Shown here: positions 63,922 to 64,000 of the stretch, one piece after another
Position numbering within the stretch: the first letter of the stretch is position 1
Layout: each line of letters starts with the position of its first letter
Assembly: GCA_963821775.1 (NCBI GenBank)
Contig: CAWGFB010000002.1
Location: 160,433 to 224,432, forward strand
Source: an uncultured Solirubrobacterales bacterium
GTDB lineage: Bacteria; Actinomycetota; Thermoleophilia; Solirubrobacterales; Solirubrobacteraceae
Reading direction: 5' to 3'
Length of the DNA: 64,000 nt
Position numbers and translations under genes: made by a program
The notes under the pieces: model-generated
Told to the model about the DNA's origin: nothing
Databases searched by the model: none
Seen by the model: only the letters and a program-made list of their open reading frames with translations

Positions 63922-64000
63922 TCTGAGGCGGCCGCAGCCGCGAGGCCACGTCCGCCTCAGACACAGTCGCTCAGTAGGATGCGGTGCCGCCGACTAGGCA

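Overview
High-GC actinobacterial chromosome segment. Gene content and style resemble Thermoleophilia/Solirubrobacterales (inference). The housekeeping backbone is tRNA-Leu, lexA, rnpB, guaB-like, guaA, rplM, rpsI, glmM, glmS, nnr, alr, a tRNA nucleotidyltransferase, tRNA-Cys, htrA and tRNA-Val. Four accessory patches interrupt it: an integrase island at tRNA-Leu, a small decayed island in the 3' end of the RNase P RNA gene, a hipBA module between glmM and glmS, and a patch after tRNA-Val. Many single-base frameshifts in essential genes (about 10.8-22.4 kb) look like assembly errors. Most striking is an array of six abutting perfect palindromes at 39720-39861 (five of 24 bp, one of 22 bp). Every arm sequence differs but all are centred on CATG, and a second two-unit copy with the same 24-bp spacing lies at 35420-35459. 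Other highlights: a nitrilase / wHTH-nuclease-like / nucleoside N-glycosidase / adenosine deaminase locus (candidate defence or nucleotide-signalling system), a LeuRS paralogue with a remodelled amino-acid pocket next to a ThrC-like enzyme and PPK2, and a probable aGPT-Pplase3-like gene. All family assignments come from motif recognition by eye; no searches were run.
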